IMG/VR virus record: IMGVR_UViG_3300047560_001264
Coordinates: 1 to 56,108 of that record
Direction: 5' to 3' (one strand)
From: a virus
Lineage: Duplodnaviria > Caudoviricetes
Length of the DNA: 56,108 bases
The notes under the pieces were generated by a model. The model did not search any database. It worked only from the letters and a program-made list of their open reading frames with translations, and was not told the DNA's origin. Numbering within the stretch: position 1 is the stretch's first letter; the number at the start of each line of letters is the position of its first letter. Shown in pieces: positions 32,440 through 41,636 of the stretch. Position numbers and translations under genes: made by a program.

Positions 32440-32527
32440 CATTTATTTACTGTTTTCCCCAAATTATAAAGCTATACGTTATGAATCGAACCCAGCTAAA
32501 TAAGTATATAAGTTTCTGGGACAAATC

Positions 32528-33097
32528 ATGCATCACGATATCATAGATGTTATACGAAATATACAAGATCTATACGAAAACAATAGCAGTCTAGCTATTC
32601 TAAAGGACTTCGAACGAGTTCTTGACGAGATGGACGTATATGTATACGAAAACTGGGAAGATGGCGAATTAGCGTACGGTCCCAAAGTGGATCGCCATTG
32701 GATCAAAGTTGGATTCATGTGGCCTGAGGCAAAGATGCCCAACCCTATTGCTGGTAAACGATTAACAGAATTAGGCTGTAAAGTTACGTACCAAAAATCA
32801 CACTTGGTTGAACCAAGAAAGATTAAGACACAGGAAGATATTCGTCCTGGTACTAAGAAGGGTAGATTAGATCGTAGCCCTATCTGGATTGTTGAAGTAC
32901 AGATGCCTAAGAAAATTGCTTTTGATATCTACAAAGGATACATGAGCAAGATGAAGACTGATTATACACATACTAAGCCAAATAACGAAGGTGCGGAAAC
33001 TCCAGCACCGGCAGCGGCTCCAGCAGCACCGGCAGCACCTGCGGCTCCAGCAGCACCAGCTGGTGGCGGTGGTGGCGCAACTCCAACAGGAATGTAA
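32528..33097 (+). CDS. Hypothetical phage protein with PAAPA low-complexity tail
   Basis: ORF after TAAATA (32497-32502); LKDFERVLDE.DVYV..NW..GEL..GP. Confidence 0.8.
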   Translation: MHHDIIDVIRNIQDLYENNSSLAILKDFERVLDEMDVYVYENWEDGELAYGPKVDRHWIKVGFMWPEAKMPNPIAGKRLTELGCKVTYQKSHLVEPRKIKTQEDIRPGTKKGRLDRSPIWIVEVQMPKKIAFDIYKGYMSKMKTDYTHTKPNNEGAETPAPAAAPAAPAAPAAPAAPAGGGGGATPTGM

Positions 33098-33098
33098 A

Positions 33099-33818
33099 AT
33101 GCCATTAAGAGCTGATGATTTAGAATACATGGTAAAGAAAGTTTTTGAAATTGATAGTTTCAAAAGCAAAATTGGTACTGACGAAGATATCTGCACATTG
33201 AGCTTCACAGTTGACGAAGCAGAACCTGCAAAAGACCTAGTTCACTTTATTGAGATGGGTTTTAGTTTTGTACTTGATGCAGATGCAAGTGCTGGTGAAA
33301 TGGATGATGGCAAATATCGAGTATACGTTGAAATTGAGCGTACACGACATATTGGTGAACAAGTTATGGAAATCATTGAGGGTGTTAAGAAATTAGCAGC
33401 ACTTGATGAAATGCGTTTCCGTTACTTCAAAAGTTTTAAGAGCGAACTAGCAACAGTTTCAAACCTAAGTGCTGCTATTCCAAAGAATAAAGAAGCATAT
33501 AGAATTGCAACTAAAGAACGTGAGATGGATAACGTTGATAACTTCTTTAGTACTAGTTTGGCATCAGATATTAATGTAGTTGATGAGTCAATTACATTTA
33601 AAAAGACATACAGTGGTCCAATCACATTCAATATTATTGATAGTGGTTTACGCAGTAATGTCTATGAGCGAGTTACAGGACCAATTATGATGGAAAGTAG
33701 CAGCATGGCTGAAGTCATGTTCCTCACCAAAGTGATTGGTAACTATAACATAAACAAGATTGGCAACTCATTTGTATTTGAGAATAACGGGTGGGCGGTC
33801 ACATTACAGAGGAAATAA
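33099..33818 (+). CDS. Hypothetical phage protein
   Basis: ATG 33099 directly after the upstream stop; ID.FKSK.G.DEDI..LSF motif. Confidence 0.78.
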   Translation: MPLRADDLEYMVKKVFEIDSFKSKIGTDEDICTLSFTVDEAEPAKDLVHFIEMGFSFVLDADASAGEMDDGKYRVYVEIERTRHIGEQVMEIIEGVKKLAALDEMRFRYFKSFKSELATVSNLSAAIPKNKEAYRIATKEREMDNVDNFFSTSLASDINVVDESITFKKTYSGPITFNIIDSGLRSNVYERVTGPIMMESSSMAEVMFLTKVIGNYNINKIGNSFVFENNGWAVTLQRK

Positions 33819-33820
33819 AA

Positions 33821-34453
33821 ATGGCGGGCGAATTTAAATTTAATTTTACACAAGACATGTTTACAGCGATTATTGGAAAGAATCCATACGCTGATCATTG
33901 GTTTGAAGCACTATGCGAGATTTTGCCAGACTATGATATTGACACACCACACCGTGTTGCAGCATTCTTGGCGCAAACAGCACACGAGAGTGGTGGTTAC
34001 AGAGCGATTAAAGAGAATTTAAATTATCGCGCAGTCACACTACGCAAGATTTTCCCAAAGTATTTCCCAGATGACGCAACAGCAAATATGTACGCTGGAC
34101 ACCCAGAACAAATTGCTAACCGTGTTTATGGTGGTCGTATGGGCAATGGTCCAGAGTCATCAGGTGACGGTTTCAAATATTGTGGTCGTGGTTTAATCCA
34201 ATTAACTGGTAAAGACAACTACACACGTTATGCACAAAGTTTGGAAATTAGCGAAGAAGAAGCTGCTGAACATTTAACAACATTTGAAGGTTGCGTACAA
34301 TCAGCTGCTTGGTTCTGGGAAGCTAACAACCTAAACCAATACGCAGATAACGGCGACATTCTAACAATGACAAAACGTATCAACGGTGGTACAATTGGTC
34401 TAGAAGATCGCAAGAAACATTACGAACATGCATTGCATGTATTAGGCGCTTAA
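33821..34453 (+). CDS. Endolysin, glycoside hydrolase family 19
   Basis: AAFLAQTAHESG, ENLNY, IANRVYG.RMGNG..SGDG.KY.GRGLIQLTG..NY, TKRINGG.IGL.DR. Confidence 0.93.
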   Translation: MAGEFKFNFTQDMFTAIIGKNPYADHWFEALCEILPDYDIDTPHRVAAFLAQTAHESGGYRAIKENLNYRAVTLRKIFPKYFPDDATANMYAGHPEQIANRVYGGRMGNGPESSGDGFKYCGRGLIQLTGKDNYTRYAQSLEISEEEAAEHLTTFEGCVQSAAWFWEANNLNQYADNGDILTMTKRINGGTIGLEDRKKHYEHALHVLGA

Positions 34454-34454
34454 T

Positions 34455-34901
34455 ATGTGGCAAATAATGTGGATGCTAAGTTTATTGCCAGATTTTTTCT
34501 GGCATTTATTAACACTAACTGGTGTTGCAGCAGTATTCGCAGCATTTGTATTAGGTAAGATTCCGTTTGTACAAACATACAAGATCCCATTAAAGTACGG
34601 TGGCATTGCTGCCGTATTATTTGGTATTTGGATGGAAGGTGGTATTGCTAACGAAGCAAAGTGGCAAGCTAGGGTTGCAGAAATGGAAGCCAAAGTTGCA
34701 CAAGCAGAACAAGAATCCAAAGATGCTAACGACAAATTAGATAAAAAGTCAAAGGAAAAAGTAAAAGTTATTCGTGAAAAAGGTCTTGTTATTAAACAAT
34801 ACGTTGATCGTGAAGTTACAAAGTATGATGACTCTTGCAAGATTCCTGCACCAGTAGTTAAGGCACTTAACTCAGCAGCAAAGAATGAGGAACTAAAATG
34901 A
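34455..34901 (+). CDS. Inner-membrane spanin (Rz-like)
   Basis: N-terminal TM segments, coiled coil and a C-terminal Cys; lies between endolysin and lipoprotein. Confidence 0.7.
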   Translation: MWQIMWMLSLLPDFFWHLLTLTGVAAVFAAFVLGKIPFVQTYKIPLKYGGIAAVLFGIWMEGGIANEAKWQARVAEMEAKVAQAEQESKDANDKLDKKSKEKVKVIREKGLVIKQYVDREVTKYDDSCKIPAPVVKALNSAAKNEELK

Positions 34902-35152
34902 GATACTTATTAGTTGTATTATTACTTGCTGGTTGTAGTACCGTAGTTCCAGTTACAGCCAAATTTCCTGCAAAGCCTGCAAATGTTGAAACATGTCCAC
35001 AATTAAGCACAGTCCAAGACGACGTTAAGTTAAGCGAGTTAACAAACACAGTTGCAAAAAACTACGGTGCATATTACGAATGCACTGTTAAGGTTGACAC
35101 TTGGAATGAGTGGTACGAAACACAAAAGAAAATCTTTGAAAACATTAAATGA
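34898..35152 (+). CDS. Outer-membrane spanin lipoprotein (Rz1-like)
   Basis: Lipobox LLAG-C, Pro-rich segment, CPQL...NY..Y.EC. Confidence 0.75.
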   Translation: MRYLLVVLLLAGCSTVVPVTAKFPAKPANVETCPQLSTVQDDVKLSELTNTVAKNYGAYYECTVKVDTWNEWYETQKKIFENIK

Positions 35153-35931
35153 AAGTTCTAGAAGTTTTAGCAGAAGCAAAATTTGATCCAAATGTAGTCG
35201 GATCTGGAATTGTGGTAGCACCACAGATTCCTCCTGCTCCAGCAAAACCAGTTGCAGCACCTAAACCAGCAGCACCTGTTGCACCAGCACCAGTTGCGGC
35301 GCCTGTTAAACAAGCTGTTACAGAACCTACACCGTTTGATCCAAGTACACACAAACCAACATTAATCAGTATTGCAAAAAAGATGGGTATTACTGCAACT
35401 AATGATTTGGCAAACCTACTTGGGCAAGCACAGGTTGAAACCGCAAGTTGGACTAAGGCAGCTGAAAACTTTAACTATACTGACCCAACTAGAATTTACA
35501 AAGTTTTTACAAGTAATTTCCCAACACCGCAACACGCTGCACCATATGTTGGAAACCCCGTAGCTTTGGCTAATAGAGCATTGGCTAACAAGAACGGAAA
35601 CGGTGATGAAGCAAGTGGTGATGGATGGAAATATCGCGGTCGTGGATTTTTACACATTACTGGAAAAGAGCTTTATGCAAAAGCGGGGGCAGCAGTGCAT
35701 CCTGAGAATCCAGGAATTTATGTAACAAACCCATCATTGCTTTCATCAAACCCAGTGGAGGCAGCAAAGGCAGCTATTTGGTACTTCAAATCTAAAGTAG
35801 GCAAAGGTAAGACATCGAAGCAAGCAACAAAGGTAGTAAATCCAGCAGGGTTGAAAACTAAAGAACGTGCTAAAGCGTCTGCACAAATACAAGCGCAACT
35901 AGCACCGCAGAAGAAAACACGAAGAAGTTAA
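35149..35931 (+). CDS. Second GH19 lysozyme-like protein with IP-like leader and Pro/Ala linker
   Basis: LGQAQVET, ENFNY, LANRA..N.NGNGDEASGDGWKYRGRGFLHITG..LY; N-terminus MKVLEVLAEA. Confidence 0.85.
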   Translation: MKVLEVLAEAKFDPNVVGSGIVVAPQIPPAPAKPVAAPKPAAPVAPAPVAAPVKQAVTEPTPFDPSTHKPTLISIAKKMGITATNDLANLLGQAQVETASWTKAAENFNYTDPTRIYKVFTSNFPTPQHAAPYVGNPVALANRALANKNGNGDEASGDGWKYRGRGFLHITGKELYAKAGAAVHPENPGIYVTNPSLLSSNPVEAAKAAIWYFKSKVGKGKTSKQATKVVNPAGLKTKERAKASAQIQAQLAPQKKTRRS

Positions 35932-35959
35932 TAAATACATACATAATTAGGAGCGAATT

Positions 35960-36487
35960 ATGGCAGAAGAAGTCAAAGAAATGAGTGAGAGTGAAAAGAA
36001 GAAAGAAGACTGGATGAATAGTAAATGGCGTCCAGCAATGGGTTGGATGTATATGCTAACCTGTATGACTGACTTTGTTTTATTCCCAATCTTATGGAGT
36101 TTGTTACAAGCAGTAATGCACGTACCACAAATCACACAATGGCAACCATTAACATTACAAGGTGCTGGTTTATTCCACATCGCAATGGGTGCTGTTCTAG
36201 GTATTGCTGCAATGGGCCGTACACAAGAGAAACTAGCGGGCGCAAACAACGGTGGAGCAGGTGGTTCAACACCAGCACCAGGTGGGTTCAGCGCACCAGC
36301 AGGTGGATTTAGTGCGCCATCGTTTGGTAGCCCAGCACCAGTAGCACCATCAGCACCAAGCTTCGGCGGTGGTTTTGGTAGCCCAGCACCATCAGCACCA
36401 AGCTTCGGCGGTGGTTTTGGTGGCGGTATTGCAACAACAGCAAGTGGTAAGAAGATTGTTCCACAAGAAGATCAACCATTACAATAA
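35960..36487 (+). CDS. Holin of the 3TM/GTA-holin type with G/F/P-rich tail
   Basis: W...WRPAMGW.Y...DF...P ... MGAVLG...GRT.EK; located in the lysis cassette; TAAATA at 35932-35937. Confidence 0.78.
   Translation: MAEEVKEMSESEKKKEDWMNSKWRPAMGWMYMLTCMTDFVLFPILWSLLQAVMHVPQITQWQPLTLQGAGLFHIAMGAVLGIAAMGRTQEKLAGANNGGAGGSTPAPGGFSAPAGGFSAPSFGSPAPVAPSAPSFGGGFGSPAPSAPSFGGGFGGGIATTASGKKIVPQEDQPLQ
36343..36421 (+). repeat. Direct repeat, two identical 37-nt copies with 42-nt period, in the holin tail
   Basis: agcaccatcagcaccaagcttcggcggtggttttggt at 36343-36379 and 36385-36421. Confidence 0.9.
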
Positions 36488-36497
36488 GGAAACAAAG

Positions 36498-36695
36498 ATG
36501 AAAAAACTATTAGCACTTTTAGCATTATGCGTTGCTACTACAGCATTCGCAGGCGGTGAGAAGAAAGAAGTTTGCACAGATGTTAAGGATAAGGCAGGCA
36601 ATGTTGTAAAAGACAAAGCAGGCAAACCAAAGCAATCTTGCAAAACTATCAAAGTTCATAAGAAGGTCGAAGGCGAGAAAGTCCCAACCAAATAA
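36498..36695 (+). CDS. Small exported basic protein
   Basis: MKKLLALLALCVATTAFA signal peptide; two Cys in the mature part; AAGGA SD. Confidence 0.75.
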   Translation: MKKLLALLALCVATTAFAGGEKKEVCTDVKDKAGNVVKDKAGKPKQSCKTIKVHKKVEGEKVPTK

Positions 36696-36705
36696 TTTGA
36701 ACTAC

Positions 36706-36734
36706 TTGACAGGTCAACGTAAATAAAGTACAAT
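36706..36734 (+). promoter_or_regulatory. Sigma70-like promoter for dnaJ with nested TAAATA and overlapping inverted repeat
   Basis: TTGACA (36706-36711), 17-nt spacer, TACAAT (36729-36734); TAAATA at 36720-36725. Confidence 0.7.
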
Positions 36735-36764
36735 ACTTGTTTACTTTGACCTGTTTCTACGACT

Positions 36765-37622
36765 ATGACTGATTACTATTCTATTTTAGGTGTTAGCGAA
36801 AATGCTAGCCCAGACGAAATTAAAAAGGCTTACCGAAAGTTAGCCAATCAGCATCATCCTGACAAGGGCGGCGACCAAGCCAAATTCAAGGATATCAGCG
36901 TTGCATATGATACGTTGGGTGATGCAAATAAGAAAGCTGAGTACGATCAACAGCGCATGTTTGGTGGACGCCAGCATCACTTCCACACTGGCAATGGTGG
37001 ATTCCAAGACTTTAATGATATATTTGGTGGAGGCTTTGATCCATTTGGACATAGATCAAATCCGTTTGCGGATATTTTTGGCCGCCAACTTCGTAAAAAT
37101 CGCGATTTGAATATCCAATGCCAAATCAGCTTATTGGATTCATTTATTGGAAAACAGCTGGAAGCAAACTTCCAACTACCAAGCGGAAAGTCACAAACTG
37201 TGGCAATTACTGTACCAGCTGGTGTTATCCATGGTGATACAATCCGCTACGCAGGGCTGGGGGATGACACAGTTCCACAACTACCACGTGGCAACTTGAA
37301 TGTTACAATCCTAGTAATGCCAGATCCAAACTTTGAACGTAGGGGTGATGACCTTTACACAACTTTGGACATCAATCCCATTGAGTCAATGATTGGCTGT
37401 AGAAAGACAGTAAAAACGATTACTGGATCAACAATGGATTTGGAAATTCGACCAGGTGTTGAGTCTGGGGTTGAGTTTGCAAGCTCAGGCGGTGGATTTA
37501 CTAATATGAATACCAAACAAAAGGGCCGTTTTGTTACAGTGGTGAGAATTAGAGGTAATGCAATCACTGATCCGACCATCGTTGCCCAACTCAAAACTAT
37601 AAACGAAACCATTAACAAATAA
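36765..37622 (+). CDS. dnaJ: DnaJ class B (CbpA-like) co-chaperone
   Basis: DYYSILGV..AS.DEIKKAYRKLA..HHPDKGG J-domain, G/F region with DIF motifs and C-terminal domain; no Zn finger. Confidence 0.92.
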   Translation: MTDYYSILGVSENASPDEIKKAYRKLANQHHPDKGGDQAKFKDISVAYDTLGDANKKAEYDQQRMFGGRQHHFHTGNGGFQDFNDIFGGGFDPFGHRSNPFADIFGRQLRKNRDLNIQCQISLLDSFIGKQLEANFQLPSGKSQTVAITVPAGVIHGDTIRYAGLGDDTVPQLPRGNLNVTILVMPDPNFERRGDDLYTTLDINPIESMIGCRKTVKTITGSTMDLEIRPGVESGVEFASSGGGFTNMNTKQKGRFVTVVRIRGNAITDPTIVAQLKTINETINK

Positions 37623-37623
37623 T

Positions 37624-37651
37624 TTGACATTTACATTCTTTAATGTATAAT
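37624..37651 (+). promoter_or_regulatory. Sigma70-like promoter for clpA
   Basis: TTGACA, 16-nt spacer, TATAAT. Confidence 0.75.
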
Positions 37652-37687
37652 GATTAAACAAACCCATATTAAACAGAAGGATATCTA

Positions 37688-39943
37688 ATGGTTGAACCTA
37701 GTGATAATTTACAAGTAGTGTTTGAAAAAGCAATTGATACTGCTAAAAAACTGCACCACGAATACTTAACTATTGAGCATTTGCTATTTGCTATGCTCTT
37801 AGAAGATACATTTACTAATACCGTTCAAGGTTATGGTGCAAATGTGTCAAAGTTAAAAGATAATCTTATGGATTACCTCCAGAATAAGTGTAATGAGATC
37901 ACTATCTCTGACGTAGTAGTCAAACCCAAGAAGACACAAAGCGTTGAGCGTGTTCTTAATCGCGCCTTCACACAAGTCTTGTTTAACGGACGCCAACGTA
38001 TTGAGCCAACGGATGTTTTCCTCGCCATGATGGGTGAGAAGCGTAGCTGGGCGCACTACTACATTGCACAAGCAGAAATCGACAAAGATAAATTTGCAGA
38101 CTACCTCAACACTGGTACAGATGGTGAGGAAGAAGGTATTAAAGCACCTGCTGATGCAAGTGATAAAGCACTCAAGTCATTCACAACTGACTTGAATGAT
38201 GCTGTTAAGAAGAATAAAATTGATCCAGTTATTGGCCGTGTAGATGAGTTGGAAAACATTGCATTGAGCTTGGGTCGCAGAAGTAAAAACAACGTAATCC
38301 TTGTTGGTGATCCTGGTGTAGGTAAGACTGCTATAGCAGAAGGACTTGCCTATAATATCGTTAAGGGTGCAGTTCCAGAATTCCTCAAGGATTACACAGT
38401 TTATAACTTGGATATCAGTGCTATGCTTGCTGGGTCTAAGTACCGCGGTGACTTTGAAGAGCGTTTCAAACAAGTTCTCAAAGCACTGAGCAAGAAGGGT
38501 AAGACTGTATTGTTCATCGACGAAGCACACATGATTAGCGGTGCTGGTTCAGCTAACAATAGTGCCAACGACTTGGCTAACATGATGAAACCTGCGTTGT
38601 CCAAGGGCAATATTAAGGTTATTGCAAGCACTACATGGGAAGAATACCGTAAACACTTTGAGAAGGACCGTGCTTTAATGCGCCGCTTCCAACGTATTAC
38701 AGTTGACGAGCCATCACAAGAGATGACTTTGCAGATCCTTAAAGGAATCAAGAAGTATTACGAGAGTCACCATGATGTTAAAATCAAGGACGATGCATTA
38801 CAAGCAGCAATTAAGCTATCTGTCAAATACCAAGCTGATAAGAAGCTTCCAGATAAAGCAATTGACTTGATTGACTTGGCATGTTCACGTTTTAACTTGA
38901 AACTTGCTGATACTCGTGTTGTTTCTGAAGCAGAAATTCAGTATGAACTTGCCAAGGTTGTTAACCTTCCACAGGAACAAGTTGCAGAAACTGAAAGTCA
39001 TAACCTCTCAACACTGCAAGATAAGTTGCAAACTGAAGTTTATGGACAATCAACTGCTCTTACTGAGATTATTGATAAGATCCTAGTAGCACAAGCTGGT
39101 TTGAAACCAGAAAACAAGCCAATTGGTAGCTTTGTATTCATGGGACCAACTGGTACAGGTAAGACTGAGACTGCGAAAGCACTTGCAAAACACTTGGGCA
39201 CTAAGCTCTTGCGTTTTGATATGTCAGAATATCAGGAAAAACACAGCATTTCCAAACTTATTGGTAGCCCACCTGGCTATGTTGGGTTTGAAGATAACGC
39301 TGGTTTGTTGATTACGCAGATCCAAGAATGCCCAAATGCAGTACTATTGTTTGACGAGATTGAAAAGTCACACCCTGATGTTGCAACAGTGTTGCTACAG
39401 ATGATGGATAACGGCTTTATCACTGGTTCAAATGGTAAGCAAGCAGATTGCCGCAACCTAATCCTCATTCTTACTACTAACGCTGGCGCACAATCAGCTG
39501 AGAAGAACAAGATTGGCTTTGGTGAGCAAGAGAAAGAGTATAGCGATGCTGACTTGAAGAAGTTCTTAACTCCAGAATTCCGTAACCGCTTGGATGGTAT
39601 CATTACCTTTAACAAGTTGGGCAAGGAAACAATGGTTAAGATTGTTAACAAGTTCATCGATGAGCTCAAGGAACAAGTCAAAGAGAAGAGTATCCGTATC
39701 AAGATCAATAAGGAAGCAATTGACTGGCTTATTGAGAAGGGCTTTGATGCCAAGATGGGTGCTCGTCCGCTACAACGTGTTATTGACAAGGAAATTAAAC
39801 GTGACCTTGCTAAGATGATGTTGTTTGGTGACTTAAAGAATGGTGGTTGGGCCACTATTACAGTAGATGATGATAAGATCGCTATTGTAGCCAAAAGCAA
39901 GGAACCCAAAGTTCCATTGCTAGCTACTGAAAATGCAGCTTAA
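37688..39943 (+). CDS. clpA: ATP-dependent Clp protease ATPase subunit ClpA
   Basis: HEYLTIEHLL N-domain; two AAA+ modules (GDPGVGKT, GPTGTGKT); AGSKYRGDFEER; IGF ClpP-docking loop; MGARPL; no ClpB middle domain. Confidence 0.93.
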   Translation: MVEPSDNLQVVFEKAIDTAKKLHHEYLTIEHLLFAMLLEDTFTNTVQGYGANVSKLKDNLMDYLQNKCNEITISDVVVKPKKTQSVERVLNRAFTQVLFNGRQRIEPTDVFLAMMGEKRSWAHYYIAQAEIDKDKFADYLNTGTDGEEEGIKAPADASDKALKSFTTDLNDAVKKNKIDPVIGRVDELENIALSLGRRSKNNVILVGDPGVGKTAIAEGLAYNIVKGAVPEFLKDYTVYNLDISAMLAGSKYRGDFEERFKQVLKALSKKGKTVLFIDEAHMISGAGSANNSANDLANMMKPALSKGNIKVIASTTWEEYRKHFEKDRALMRRFQRITVDEPSQEMTLQILKGIKKYYESHHDVKIKDDALQAAIKLSVKYQADKKLPDKAIDLIDLACSRFNLKLADTRVVSEAEIQYELAKVVNLPQEQVAETESHNLSTLQDKLQTEVYGQSTALTEIIDKILVAQAGLKPENKPIGSFVFMGPTGTGKTETAKALAKHLGTKLLRFDMSEYQEKHSISKLIGSPPGYVGFEDNAGLLITQIQECPNAVLLFDEIEKSHPDVATVLLQMMDNGFITGSNGKQADCRNLILILTTNAGAQSAEKNKIGFGEQEKEYSDADLKKFLTPEFRNRLDGIITFNKLGKETMVKIVNKFIDELKEQVKEKSIRIKINKEAIDWLIEKGFDAKMGARPLQRVIDKEIKRDLAKMMLFGDLKNGGWATITVDDDKIAIVAKSKEPKVPLLATENAA

Positions 39944-40571
39944 AGAAACTACTAGACTGTTCAGAGGGAAATATCAGCACAAGGTTGTGCTGATATGTAG
40001 TGGGGCATCCGTATTCAGAGGTTCTGATATGGATGTCGCCATTAGTAAACTTGACAAAGTTGATTTAACTGCGAACAATGTCAATCAAAAGTACAGAGTA
40101 GCGTATATTAGGACTAAAGAAGAGCTAAAATACGCATACGATTTAGCATTTGCACTCAAAAGAATGGGCGATCTTGTTGAAGTTCGTGTTGAATCACCAT
40201 GGGTCACAGTGTACACTAATGATAAGAAAGTTGTAAACACCCTAGTTAAACTGGACGAAAACAACGTAAAATACGTAAGTAGCCCAGCAAAAGGGGTGAC
40301 TTTGAGTGCTGGCATAGTGGTCATGAGCAAACGTGACTATGAATACAAGGTAACAATGGGTTCAACTCTATCTGAGAACAGTAGTTTCGTAGATTGGGCA
40401 GAAGCACACGCAGGTAAGGTACTTTTAACTAAGAGTTGTAAGCGTGACATGCTCAAACCCAAGAGCTATGGTGGATCACACTTTTATCTTACAGGAGACA
40501 ACGTTCTCCTTGTGGCGAAAATGCATTTAGGCAGTACTATTGCCAAAGTAGAGCGCATCACTAAGAAATAG
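39933..40571 (+). CDS. Hypothetical protein
   Basis: ORF overlapping the end of clpA and filling the gap to the next late promoter. Confidence 0.72.
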   Translation: MQLKETTRLFRGKYQHKVVLICSGASVFRGSDMDVAISKLDKVDLTANNVNQKYRVAYIRTKEELKYAYDLAFALKRMGDLVEVRVESPWVTVYTNDKKVVNTLVKLDENNVKYVSSPAKGVTLSAGIVVMSKRDYEYKVTMGSTLSENSSFVDWAEAHAGKVLLTKSCKRDMLKPKSYGGSHFYLTGDNVLLVAKMHLGSTIAKVERITKK

Positions 40572-40618
40572 CTATAGCCTTCGAACGATAAATACCATAT
40601 TATAACTCGGGTTAATAT

Positions 40619-40990
40619 ATGCGTATTCGTGAACTATTTGAAGGCAGATTCTTTAAAGATGAAGACTTCGTGACCAAAACAGAAGAGGGTCGCGAGATTA
40701 ACTATGACTTGGCTGAAGACCTAATTCATTTCCTAAATCATGACGACAACATCTATCGTCGTCACACATTCCCAGGCATTGCTAAGTGTATTGAAATCGC
40801 TGAGCGCAAAAAGAAGCCGGCAGCTAAAATCTTCAAATCAGCTGTTGAAGAAGGATACAAAAAATACATTAAAGAGTTCCCTATTCGTGAACTCCCTGAT
40901 GCATTGGATGAAAAGACTCTTGAGGAAGTATGTAATAAACTTCGTGAAGTAGTATGCCAAGATATTAAAGATGGCAAGTACAAGGACTAA
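40619..40990 (+). CDS. Hypothetical protein with capsid-targeting-like leader
   Basis: MRIRELFEG; TAAATA at 40589-40594. Confidence 0.72.
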   Translation: MRIRELFEGRFFKDEDFVTKTEEGREINYDLAEDLIHFLNHDDNIYRRHTFPGIAKCIEIAERKKKPAAKIFKSAVEEGYKKYIKEFPIRELPDALDEKTLEEVCNKLREVVCQDIKDGKYKD

Positions 40991-40992
40991 TC

Positions 40993-41379
40993 ATGAGAGC
41001 AAGAGAATTCATATCCGAAGCCAAGCCTAAAGAAAAACAAATCCCAGCAGGTGCAATTACTGCTGGCCAGGGTGCAATTATCTCCCGAGACGTTGGCGGA
41101 TATGATAGAACATATCACCTAAATCGAATCATGATGGCAACAGCAATGGCCGACGGAAGAAGCAACAAGCCAGTTGACATGGATTCAGAAAGTTGGGTTG
41201 AAAAATATAATGTTGCATTTCCATACACTGATCTAGAACATGCAATGATGATGCAAGCATTTGCAACTATCCCAACAGATGGTGCAGAATTAAGCAAACG
41301 TGGTAAGAGCGAAGAACCAACTGATACAAATAAAGTTAGCCCAGTAGCTAAACCAAAGCGTAACAAGTACGGCGTATGA
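40993..41379 (+). CDS. Probable internal head protein
   Basis: MRAREFISEA resembles the T4 IP leader MKTYQEFIAEA. Confidence 0.7.
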   Translation: MRAREFISEAKPKEKQIPAGAITAGQGAIISRDVGGYDRTYHLNRIMMATAMADGRSNKPVDMDSESWVEKYNVAFPYTDLEHAMMMQAFATIPTDGAELSKRGKSEEPTDTNKVSPVAKPKRNKYGV

Positions 41380-41636
41380 GACAAGTTAGAATCACTTCTG
41401 CTGATATCAATCCGCAATCAAATGATGATTGCTATTTGGCACCAGATGATCCAATGTGGAAAATGTTACCAGCTAGTCAAATGGGCGGGCTGGGTAGTGA
41501 AGCAGTATTGGCAGAATACCTCAATTCTACATTGCCAAAAATTGAAACAAACGATAAGGGCCGAATCGCCCGAGAACAAAATATTCAACCAGGAACCCAG
41601 GAATGGTTTAAACACTGGTTTGGAGACAAACGATGA
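41376..41636 (+). CDS. Hypothetical protein
   Basis: ATGA overlaps at both ends; NIQPGT.EWF..WF motif. Confidence 0.7.
   Translation: MRQVRITSADINPQSNDDCYLAPDDPMWKMLPASQMGGLGSEAVLAEYLNSTLPKIETNDKGRIAREQNIQPGTQEWFKHWFGDKR

Noticed and set aside
36706-36754. CIRCE heat-shock operator before dnaJ
   Set aside because: Does not match TTAGCACTC-N9-GAGTGCTAA
29412-39943. Bacterial chromosome or prophage origin suggested by clpA, dnaJ, groES, phoH and folE
   Set aside because: These genes are interleaved with T4-like replication, virion and lysis genes and TAAATA late promoters; no integrase or host-like operons
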